DNA from: a virus
DNA length: 64,000 bases
Reading direction: 5' to 3' (one strand)
IMG/VR virus record: IMGVR_UViG_3300045988_139474
Location: 88,908 to 152,907 of that record
Under the pieces are notes generated by a model. That model saw nothing but the letters and a program-made list of their open reading frames with translations. It searched no databases and was not told the DNA's origin. The translations under genes and the position numbers were made by a program. Shown here one piece after another: positions 36,983 through 47,200 of the stretch. How positions within the stretch are numbered: position 1 is the stretch's first letter; each line of letters starts with the position of its first letter.

Positions 36983-39900
36983 ATGATTCAAAATCCACAC
37001 CCAGATTACCGCAACAATTTTGATGAGAACAAGCAATATTCCGCTATCTCTTTCTTAGCTGGTGCGCCGTTGCAAGCCAGCGAGTTGAACGAATTGCAAG
37101 ACATTCAAGCGACTAAGACCGAAAAGCTGGCTGATTATCTGGTTTCATCTGGTACTATCCTGTCGGGCGGTGAGGTTAAATCCCTGTCTGCTTCTCAAGT
37201 TGAGATGGCGGGCGGTACAGTGTCTTGTCAAGGTAAGCTCGTGTTAGTGCAGGGTGCTGTACTCAGCCTTGACCTAGCTGCTGAAAACACCGTAGGCGTG
37301 CGCCTCGTTGAAGAAATAGTTACAGCGCAAACTGACCCAAGCATTGCTGAGTTAGACCCTAAATCGCCACACTATGGCGAAGAGACAGCTCACCGAGTTA
37401 AGACTACAGGTGTTTGGGTTGTATCTGAAAAGACCAACCTGAACGGTGATTTGTTCTTTCCTGTCTTGACTATTCAAAACGGTAACATCACTGGCTACAT
37501 CAGCAATACCAAAGTCCAAGACTATGTATCTTCATCAATCAGTATCTATGATAAAGGCGTTCACGGCTCGTATGTCGTTGACGGCTTAGTCATCACCAAC
37601 GTGCGAGACGATACCCGAAACCGTAAACATGTCTTGGCTGCTTCCTCTGGTACTGCCCGCATTCAAGGTATTGAGGTCAAGAAAGGTACAGAGACCGTCT
37701 TTTATGTTGATACAGCAGAAGCCGATGACCGACAAGTCAACTCTGAGCCTGTAACTTTCAGACGTGGCCAACTGCTTTACGGCCTTCGCAATAATCCGTT
37801 GAAAGCTATCACTAAAGTAACAGGCACTAAACGGATAACACGCACGATTAATAGGGGCGGTTCAGCTGGCGGTGCAGACGCATTGCCTGATACTCCTGTA
37901 TTGCGTATTACACAAGTGACTCAAGGCGGTACAACCTACTCAGCTGGTAAAGACTTCACCCAGACTGGTGACCGTATCTCATGGGCACCAAACGGTACAG
38001 AGCCTAGCCCAGGCAGCCAATACGTTGTTGAGTATGAATATGTTGCTACATTCAACGGCTCAGTCGTTAATGGTCGTCTGAATTTAAGCGCAACTGACGC
38101 TAACGCTTTGGTTGACCAATCGACACTGTCTGTATGGTACACATTCTACTTGAACCGTATCGACCGCGTTGTGATGTCCAATATCACTCGTGAAATCAAA
38201 GTCTTGAAAGGCGTGCCGAATATTCCGACCGCTGTATTGCCTCCAGCAGCTGCCTCAGATAGCGAGATTTCACTTGCTACAATCACTGTAAGCTATGGTG
38301 TTGCGCCTGTAATTGATATGGACTCAACCGTTCATATGATTCCTTTCTCGACACTGAAAAAGATGAACAGCCAGATTGCCGATTTGCAATTCAACGTTGC
38401 TCAACTGAGCTTGATTGAAGAGGCTCGTGCATTAGACCCTGTTACAACCAAGAAAGGCGTGATTGTTGACTCCCTGAGCAATGAGAACATGCGTGATAAG
38501 GGTATCCAACAAAATGCCTTGATTCAAGACAAGACCCTGACTATTGGTACACGTATAGCAGGTCAAGTTACCCTGACGCGCGGAAACATTACATTGGACG
38601 GCCTAAGCTATCCTGTAATCCGCAAACAAGAAGTGCAGACTGGTTCTCAACGAATCAACCCGTATGCCCGACCAGGCAGTTTGCCTAAGGCTAATGGCGC
38701 AGCAACTCCAAGTATCATCTATGGTAACGCTTGGGATGCTGGCTATGACTTGGAAGTCTTGCCTCGTTCAGTTGCTGTTGTAGTTGACCTGTCAGGCTAC
38801 GAAGCCTCAGAAGAAGTTGTCTTGGTGTTGCGTGGCGAGCAAGTAGGCCGAGTTCAGACTTCAGGTGCTGGCGCAGCTTCAACTACAATCAATATTCCGA
38901 AAGGTTTGCAATACGGTACATACACGATTGAGGCAACTGGTACTCGCTCCAAAGCGATTGCTATTGTTCCTGTATCTATCAGCCGCAACGACCAAAGCTA
39001 CAACCAGTTCCTGCTGAATCAGCTTGACCAGAAACAGACCGCCTTGCTTGAGCAACAGGCTAAGGACTTCCAATCCCAAATCGACCGATTGCGTCAGGAT
39101 ATGGAAGCTGAGGTGTCTGCTATCAATAGCCGTCTGAATGACCTGCAAGCGCAGTTGAATCAGATGAAAGACGCGTTCAAGAACTTCAAGTCTGCTATGA
39201 CTGCTGAATTGGCCAAGTTAGGTTTCCGTCTGGATGATTTGCAAGGTCAGGTTGATGAGATTCGCAAACGCTTGCCTGGCTTCTGGTTGCATTACTATGA
39301 CAGAGACAACCGCCGCACCGACCCTAACCAATTCTTGAAAGTGTATGCGTCAACTGAGTATAGCAAAGGCGCAATCCAATACAATCAAGGTAGTGCTGGT
39401 ACGGCTATCGGCTCGCAAATGTGGGAAGTAGGTGTTACAGCTACTAGGGCAACTAAAACGCGCTATACGGTGGTTGCTAACGATGACCAAGTAAGTGTAT
39501 GGCTCAACGGTCAAAGGGTGGCTTCTTACTCGAACGGTTCAACGCCTCGTTCATTCGACTTAAACTTTAAACAGGGTCATAACGTTGTTCAGGTAGTCTT
39601 GAATAACCAGGGCAACAACTTGAGCCACTTGCAGACTTCTGGCGATTTCATTGACGGTACAGTTATCCAAATGAACCCTGAATGGATGCAAGCTCAATTG
39701 ACTGCTGCTCAAAACGGCGTGGCTGCTCATGAGGCTGAAATTGCTCGTCAGGAAGCTGCCCGCGCAGAAGCTCAACGACAGTCCCAGTCCCAACGCACCT
39801 TATGGTGGAGCATGCGCCGTCGCACTGACCCGATTGCTCAATCATTCACTCTGGACATCACTCGACAACTCAGCTCAATTGACGTATTCGTGACTGAATT

Positions 39901-40855
39901 GCCTACACGCGATTTAAGCCTGAAAATTGTCGAAACGACCGCTGGTCAACCCAATATTGAACGGTTGGTTGGATACGGTGAATTAGCACTCGCTAAGGTT
40001 CAGAAAGGCTGGAATACGATTCCTTTATTGACCCAGACTGTTCTCAGCGCAGGCGTTGAGTATGCGTTCATCGTCATCACTGAGTCGTTTGAAGGCCAGA
40101 TTGGTATTGGTAAAGTTGGCGACAAATCAACAACTGGTACTTTCGTCCAAACCCAATTGGATGCAGGTGTGATGTTTATCTCTGCGAATGAGAATACATG
40201 GACTGCGGTACAGGATACAGATGTCTGCTTCCGTATGAAGTCTATCAACTTCGCAACTAGCAAAACAGTCAAGTTGGGTACTATCCCTGCTAACGGCCGA
40301 ACTAACAACCTGACGGATTTCCGCTTGGTTGGTTCTCAATCTACAAGCTCAAGCACAAGCGTTGAGTACTACATGCAGATTGGAACGGCTCGCTATCCTT
40401 TAGGCTTGAATGAGACTACATTTGTACCAGCTGTAACGACCGCCGCAGGAAACATCGACATCTATGCAGTGTTGACTACAACCGATACATCTGAAACGCC
40501 AATCATCGGCTCAGGCTTGACTCTGGTTTACGGTTTGGCTGAAACTCCTGCTACTTATGTTGCTCGACAATTCACTATTCCGAATGGTTTGATTCAACCA
40601 GCCAAGATTCAAGTTGTATTGAGTCAGCTGTTACCAGCCTCAACTAACATCACTGTTAGCTTGCAGACTGATACTAACACTTGGACGGCTGTTCCTCGCA
40701 AACAGTCAGTTCAGGAATTAGGCGAAGGCTGGGTTGATGTATTGTATGAGATTCCTGACATTCAGAAGGCTAACGGCCGTATCAAGATTGAATTGACTAC
40801 AGACAATTATGCTAATCGTCCAGCAGTCAAGAATATCAGAACAATGATTGTTTGA
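36983..40855 (+). CDS. 1290-aa baseplate-associated fibre/structural protein with PA14-like insert
   Basis: The N-terminus (FLAGAPLQASELNELQDIQ) recalls DUF4815-type phage structural proteins. A central coiled coil follows. 39281-39650 encodes YTVVANDDQVSVWLNGQRV...GHNVVQVVLNNQG, a PA14-like pattern. Confidence 0.5.
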   Translation: MIQNPHPDYRNNFDENKQYSAISFLAGAPLQASELNELQDIQATKTEKLADYLVSSGTILSGGEVKSLSASQVEMAGGTVSCQGKLVLVQGAVLSLDLAAENTVGVRLVEEIVTAQTDPSIAELDPKSPHYGEETAHRVKTTGVWVVSEKTNLNGDLFFPVLTIQNGNITGYISNTKVQDYVSSSISIYDKGVHGSYVVDGLVITNVRDDTRNRKHVLAASSGTARIQGIEVKKGTETVFYVDTAEADDRQVNSEPVTFRRGQLLYGLRNNPLKAITKVTGTKRITRTINRGGSAGGADALPDTPVLRITQVTQGGTTYSAGKDFTQTGDRISWAPNGTEPSPGSQYVVEYEYVATFNGSVVNGRLNLSATDANALVDQSTLSVWYTFYLNRIDRVVMSNITREIKVLKGVPNIPTAVLPPAAASDSEISLATITVSYGVAPVIDMDSTVHMIPFSTLKKMNSQIADLQFNVAQLSLIEEARALDPVTTKKGVIVDSLSNENMRDKGIQQNALIQDKTLTIGTRIAGQVTLTRGNITLDGLSYPVIRKQEVQTGSQRINPYARPGSLPKANGAATPSIIYGNAWDAGYDLEVLPRSVAVVVDLSGYEASEEVVLVLRGEQVGRVQTSGAGAASTTINIPKGLQYGTYTIEATGTRSKAIAIVPVSISRNDQSYNQFLLNQLDQKQTALLEQQAKDFQSQIDRLRQDMEAEVSAINSRLNDLQAQLNQMKDAFKNFKSAMTAELAKLGFRLDDLQGQVDEIRKRLPGFWLHYYDRDNRRTDPNQFLKVYASTEYSKGAIQYNQGSAGTAIGSQMWEVGVTATRATKTRYTVVANDDQVSVWLNGQRVASYSNGSTPRSFDLNFKQGHNVVQVVLNNQGNNLSHLQTSGDFIDGTVIQMNPEWMQAQLTAAQNGVAAHEAEIARQEAARAEAQRQSQSQRTLWWSMRRRTDPIAQSFTLDITRQLSSIDVFVTELPTRDLSLKIVETTAGQPNIERLVGYGELALAKVQKGWNTIPLLTQTVLSAGVEYAFIVITESFEGQIGIGKVGDKSTTGTFVQTQLDAGVMFISANENTWTAVQDTDVCFRMKSINFATSKTVKLGTIPANGRTNNLTDFRLVGSQSTSSSTSVEYYMQIGTARYPLGLNETTFVPAVTTAAGNIDIYAVLTTTDTSETPIIGSGLTLVYGLAETPATYVARQFTIPNGLIQPAKIQVVLSQLLPASTNITVSLQTDTNTWTAVPRKQSVQELGEGWVDVLYEIPDIQKANGRIKIELTTDNYANRPAVKNIRTMIV
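39129..39138 (+). repeat. DNA uptake sequence 10-mer GCCGTCTGAA (TA-prefixed)
   Basis: Exact 10-mer inside the 1290-aa gene. Confidence 0.85.
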
Positions 40856-40860
40856 GAATT

Positions 40861-40900
40861 CAGCAACCTGATTTCATCAGATTTCAGGTTGCTGTTCTTT
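40861..40900 (+). terminator. rho-independent terminator
   Basis: CAGCAACCTGA / 12-nt loop / TCAGGTTGCTG (11-bp stem), followed by TTCTTTC. Confidence 0.7.
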
Positions 40901-40924
40901 CGGCTCGCTTCCTCTTTGATTCGA

Positions 40925-40957
40925 TTCTTGCTTGCTACACTCACACCGCAAGCAGAA
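40925..40957 (+). repeat. CA-loop hairpin (H-box) copy
   Basis: TTCT-T-GCTTGC / loop TACACTCACACC / GCAAGC-AGAA. Confidence 0.75.
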
Positions 40958-41034
40958 CATTTCATGATGATTTTCGGCTCATGGCTGTTTCAGGTTAGTT
41001 GAGTGAGGTATCAGTTATGTGAGTGTTTGTTATT

Positions 41035-41200
41035 TAGCTTATTAGATAATATATTAATTTGTGGTGTGTATATTGTGTATCACATCTATGACATTGGAAT
41101 CGTATATTTCGTGGATAAGTTTCTAATAAATCAGGGAAATTTTTAGCCAAAATCCTGTATTTATGTTCCGATTCCTGTTCCCTACAGGATTCATTTCTCA
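41035..41200 (+). repeat. R-element copy 7
   Basis: Anchor at 41078-41091; V1 GATAAGTTTCTAATAAATCAGGGA. Terminal hairpin 41170-41192 (GATTCCTGT / TCCCT / ACAGGATTC). Confidence 0.9.
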
Positions 41201-41276
41201 ACAGCACTGCTATGCGTGGGGATTTCCCCAAGTCGTCAGGCATAACGATGCTTCAATTTCCACTAGGAGTAACACT

Positions 41277-44200
41277 ATGGTGAAACCTTGTATTCAAGAA
41301 CAATCCGTCTTGCGTTACAGCGACACTGCCTCGCATGATAAAGCAGGCATGGTGCCTCTGGCTACACGCTGGGGTGAAGTCCCTGAAGACCAGTATGCAG
41401 TCACTGCTGCTTCCTTGCTGATGTTGGAGAATACTGTATCCAAAGTCGAAGCATTGGTAGCAGACGCAGTTGACCTTGCAGCCCAAGCTGGTGAAAAAGC
41501 AGCTAAGGCTGCGGTGAAAGCAACCAACACATTAACAGACGGCTCGTCAACTTACAGTCAGCTCAACGGCGAAACAGGCATGAATATTACAGGATTGACT
41601 TACATTCCTGGTCTGTCCCGCATTGAATTGCGTTGGGCTTTACCGACTTATGAACGTGCTGCTGAAACTGTAATCTATCAAGCAACAACTGAAGCCTTTG
41701 AGAATGCTGTTGTTATCAAGAAGGTGGAATACCCAATCTCAGGTGCATTCATTGATGAAACTAAAGCCCGATATTACTGGGTGCAACTGGTTGATAAACA
41801 AGACCCAAGCCGTCGCGGTCAAGTATTTGGCCCAATCCTTGCCGACCCTTATGGCAATTTGGATAAATTGGTAGAGACCTTGCGCGGAAAGATTACCGCA
41901 ACCGAGCTTGATGCTGAGCTAGTACAAGGCCTGTATAAAAACATCCAAGAAGCAACCGACCGTACAATCAATGAACGTCTTGCTTCAATCCGTGAACGCT
42001 TGAATAATCTTGACAATCTGGTTGATTCTCGTGTTCAAAACTCGCTACAAGGCCTCAATCAGGTAACAGATGCGTTGGAACAGGAAATACGCCGTCTAGG
42101 TTCAAATTACTCAAAAGTTGTTGAGAATACCGAGAAAGCTCAAGGCTTGTTGGAAACTTGGACTTCCAAGACAGAAGAAGCCTTAGCAGGCGTTCAGAAA
42201 AATACTTTGGCCTTGACTGACGCCAATACGGCCTTATCGCAAACTCGTGAGACCTTGCTTGCTAAGGTAGGTGCTAACGAAGCCGCAATCAACAAAGAAT
42301 CCGAAGCAAGGACAACCCAGTATGAGTCGATAGCTGACGATATTAAACAGCTGCGAACTAAGACTGAAGCGAATGAAGCTGCTATCGTTGAGGAAGGCCG
42401 ATTGCGCTCAGACCAATTTGGCTCACAAGCTGAGACTTTGAAAGGCTTGCAAGCAACTTCTTCTACCCAAGCAGGCCGTATCCGTGAGTTGTCCCAGACT
42501 GTAGCCGATAACGAACGCTCATCAGCAACCAAGTTTGAAAACTTGAAATCAGGCTTGATGGGTAATCACCACTACAACTACAACTTTACAGCAGGCAAAG
42601 ATAGCTGGGAAGCCTCGCAAGGCGTATTGGAAGCTAAAACATCCAATAATCCGAGTGACCCTTCAAACACCCTGCTGAACCTGAAAACTAACGTCACCAC
42701 GCTGGTGTATTCTACGACTAAGACCGCTATCAACCTTGAGAATGTTTACAATGCTGTAGCGAGCCTCCGAAACATCGGTGCAAATCCCGTCAAAGTGCGT
42801 GTAGGCCTGATGACTTTTGACCATCGTGGCGAAGCTCAGACTCACTCAAATGTCGATTCCCGATATTATTGGGTCAGCGAGAAAACGCTTGCACCTAACA
42901 GTGGTTGGGCATCATTAGGCGGTGAAGCTAAGGGCGCAACCAAACAATGGCCTATCAACTCAGACCTGAAGCTGGCTGCTATCCCATTAGGGGCGAAGCA
43001 GGGCGTGCCTGTAGTTGAGATTGTAGGCGAGCGTGGCTCAGAGGTTGATATTGGTTCTATCGACTTGTTAGACATCTCAGCAACTGCCGCTGTTGGTTCT
43101 GAAATCTCAACCTTGAAAGAGACGACAACTACAGCCCTTGACACCCAAGCCAAAGAGTTTAAGAAGCTGAGCAGCAAATTCGGCGAAAACATCTCTGAGA
43201 TTGAGAAGCAGCAAAAGACTTTTAGTAGTGCTCAGAAAGCCCAAGCTGAACAGATTAACAACATGACGGCAAAAGTCGGTGCGAATGAAGCTGGCTTACA
43301 ACGACTTGATGAGGCTGTTACATCTGACCGTAGTTCAACTGCATTAGCCTTAGATAACCTGAAAGCTGGCTTCAACAGCACTATGGTTAATCACGTCAAG
43401 AATCCGTCTATGTCTAAGGATTCTACAGGCTGGACGGCTAACCCTACTGCTAAATTCAAGCGTGTTCCGAGTACAAGCTTGTTGCCTAAAGGTAAGACTG
43501 AGGCGGATGTTCCGTATTACACCCTCTTCAAATCAGAAGGCTATGTAGGCAAATTCTGGGGCACTGACCTGTTAATTGACTGTGATATTCCAAAGCTGGT
43601 ATCCCCTACAGACTTGGTTCATTTCTCAGTTAAAGTAGCCAATCCCGCCACGACTAACCTGACCCAAATTAAGGTTAGAATCAACGGCGCGCAAACTATC
43701 CTGTTGGGTGAAGTTGCTAAGGGTAAGTTTGAGATTGTATCTGGCTCAGTACCATTGCCTGCTAATACGACCAGCTTGCAGTTACAGATTTCAACCCAGA
43801 ACAGTGCGATTACTGAAGAGAATGCTATCATCATCGCTTTTCCTCAATGCCGAACCAATGCTGCACCGATTGAGTCTGATGCGAAGCTAGAACATCTGCG
43901 TCTGGCCGTAGCGAATGCTGACCAAGCCTTAGCTCGTGAGGTTAACAATTTACAGGTCAACTATAAAGCAGCTGCTGCGGCCATCAAAGAGGAAAAAGAA
44001 ACCCGCGCTAGTGAGACTGAAGCCCTTTCCCTGAAATACCAGACAATGGAATCTGAGCTCAACGGTAGCAAGGCTAAAATCCAGAAATTGGAAACAACAG
44101 TCACTACTGAGACAGAATCGGTCGCAAAACGTGTCCGAGAGATGGGCACAGAATTCAACGGCAAGATTTCAACCGTGACTGAGGTAGCTCAACGCGGTGT

Positions 44201-47200
44201 TGATAATGCTGCGGAAGCCTTACAGAAAGCTAATGATAACTTGGGTTTGGCTAAACGGTATGCTGACGACAAGTCGCTAAAAGCTATTACAGATGCTGAA
44301 AAAGCCGTCCGAGATAAGCTGAAATTAGGCGGTCGAAACCTAATTCGCAAGAGTAATCCCGACACCAACGATAGTCAATATTTACACGCGTTTGCTATTA
44401 CAGAAGCTCCAGCATTTGGTGATGATGTGACTGTAACTTTATGGGGCGATTTAGGCGAAGGCCGAACTGACTTTGCTGTTTACAACTCACGCGGTTTTGG
44501 TGAACTTGCTAAGTTGAAGAAGATTTCAGATGGTGTCTATCAAGCCCAGTTCAAATGGGCGGATAATACCTACACTGGTCCAGAAGACAAGCTGTCCAAC
44601 ACTACTCTGAACGTGTATGCCTATCCTAGTTCATCAACTTCAGCCTTTAGCATCAACAAGGTTAAGTTTGAGAGGGGTACAGTACCTACCGACTGGACAC
44701 CTGCACCAGAAGATGTTGAAGACAAGGTTGATAAGGTAAAAGTTGAGATTGAACGTCAGGTCAAAGAAGCAAAAGACTTGGCTGTTTCATCAAATGCTAA
44801 AATCAAGGAGCATGAGACCTCAATTAATAATGCTGAAAAGGCATTGAACCAAAAAGCCGTTGAATTGACGGGTCAGTTCAACCAAGCATTAACCGAAAAA
44901 GTTGAGGTGCTGAACAATGCAGTAGCTAAAAAAGCCTCAGGCGAAGAAGTCAAAGCACTCTTGGGTAAAGTGACAGCCGTGGAACGTGAGGTCATTGAGT
45001 CTAAGTCCAAAATCAATCAATTCTCCGAGACCTTAGACAACGCCCAACAGTCTAGCACCCAAATAGTGCAAGATGCTGAGTCAAGGTTCAAGAAGGTGGT
45101 TGAGAAAAGTGTAGAGACAATCAACCGAGATATTGGTACAGTTAGACAAGCTGCTGCTGATGCAGCCTCAAAAGCTGACCAAAATCTGCAAGCAGCCCAG
45201 AATTATGCTGACGGTAAGAAAAACGAAGCCCTCGACGCAGCCAAGACCTATGCAGACGGTCAGAAAACAGCTGCAATTCAAGCTGCTTCTGCTGATGCAA
45301 CCAAAAAGGCGAATGCTGCTAAAAAGGCTGCTGAGGATGCGCTGAACCCAGCTATTCAAGCAGCGCAACGAAAAGCTGATGAGGGTGTATCCAACGCTCA
45401 ACAAGCCGTACAAGCTGCTGAGAGGAACTTGCAAGCTGCTAAGGAGTATGCAGACGGTAAGACGGCGGAAGCCAAAAAGCAGGCTATCAAAGACGCAGAA
45501 GAGCAATTGAAACAGGCCAAAGAGTTTCTTCAAGGCAAAATTGCTGAGGCTAAGACCTTGTACGATAACTTGGAATTTGGCGGTCGCAACCTATTGAGAA
45601 AGACTAAAGGGCTGACCGACACTAAGTTTTGGAAGTTTTACAAGGATGCTCGACAGACTGTAGCAGAACAACCTAGAACAGATGATGTCCTGACTATTAA
45701 GACAGGCTCAGCATTCTGGGCAAGCTATCGTCAAACCTCAGTTGATAATCCGTTGATTGCTCTTGAAGCAAACAAGACCTACACTGTATCATTTGAGGCA
45801 AAATCTAGCAACACTTTAGACCGCTCAATTAGATTGTTTGTTCGTGAATATTTTGGCGATTCAAACGACAACAGGTTTTCCTATTACTTCACACCTCTAG
45901 TAGCTGATGATTGGGTTAAGCATAGTTATACATTCACTGTTGATGAGCTTAAAGCCAATCATAAGGCGTGGCATGTTATTTGGGAACTGACTGCACCTGA
46001 TACTCAACTTGAAATTCGCAACATGAAAGTTGAGAGGGGTAACAAACCTACCGACTGGACGCCTGCACCTGAAGATGTTGAAGGCCAAATTGCTGATGTT
46101 AAGCAGAAGGCTGAAAATATCGGTAATGACATGGAAAGGGCACTTGAACAAGTCAAGGGGCAACTTGAGACCAGAATCCAGGAGGCCGAAAAGAAAGCTA
46201 CTGACGCTGAGTCTAAAGTCAACAACTACACCAAAACGAAGGACACTGAGGTCAGCGCAATGGCTGAAAGTGTCAGGGGATTGGAAGGCAAGTTTGTAGA
46301 AGAAGCTGAGAAAGTCCGTGCTACAGTGACGACAGCCATCAACGACATCCAGATAGGCGGTCGAAACTTAGCTAAAGATTCGTACAATCCAAACAAGGAT
46401 AAACACGGCTATCTGAAAGCATACCGTATTACCAAAGCTCCTGAGTATGGCGACAAAGTTACAGTCACTGTATGGGGTGAATTAGGTGATACCCGAAACG
46501 GTCAGATTGGTGTGTACAATACTTTCGGTTATGGTGAGCTATTCAAGCTGACTAAGATTGCAGACGGCGTATGGCGTGGTCAAGGCTTTTGGAATAAACA
46601 TACTTCACCAATTGCTGGTGGCCAAGAACGCCAGAACGAAACCCTGAATCTGTATGCATATCCAAATGATAATACAGACAGGAATTTAGTCAATAACCTG
46701 TTTACTCATGTGAAGTTTGAGCTGGGTAACAAGGCTACAGACTGGACGCCTGCGCCTGAAGACCTTGAGAGCAAGATTGAGGACATCACCACATGGAAGA
46801 TTTCCGCCCAATCAGCACTTGAGCAGGTTCAACGGACGGTTAATAGCGCGCAAGGTTCAGCAGCTACACTTAATGATGCCTTGTCTGCTCGTTTCAATGA
46901 GGCGAAAACTCAAACGCGCAGAGAAGTCCGTGAAGAGTTGAATCCAGAGATTGCAAAAGCTAAGAAAGCTGGCGTGGATGCCGCAGGGGCTGTTAAGACT
47001 GAGCTGACTCCCAAGATTACAGACGCCAAAGACCAAGCCGATAAGGGTGTTGCGGAGGCTAAAAAAGCTAATGACGCCATACCTCAGAAACTAAAAGAGG
47101 CTAAGGACTATGCAGACACCAAAAAGACTGAGGCGATTACAGCAGCGGTTACTGAGGCGCGTGATTGGAAAGCAGTCAATGCTAGAACTGACCTGAATAC

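Larger units (their letters stand above)
40856..41276. repeat. coding-free region carrying repeat module 7
   Basis: Order is terminator, H-box, CTCATGGCTG (40978-40987), R-element copy 7, then RBS AGGAG and the ATG at 41277. Confidence 0.85.

Noticed and set aside
41163-41276. ORF-track start of the giant gene at 41163 (MFRFLFPTGF...).
   Set aside because: That ATG is the conserved ATGTTCCG inside R-element copy 7 and has no RBS. The in-frame ATG at 41277 is preceded by AGGAG at the right spacing.
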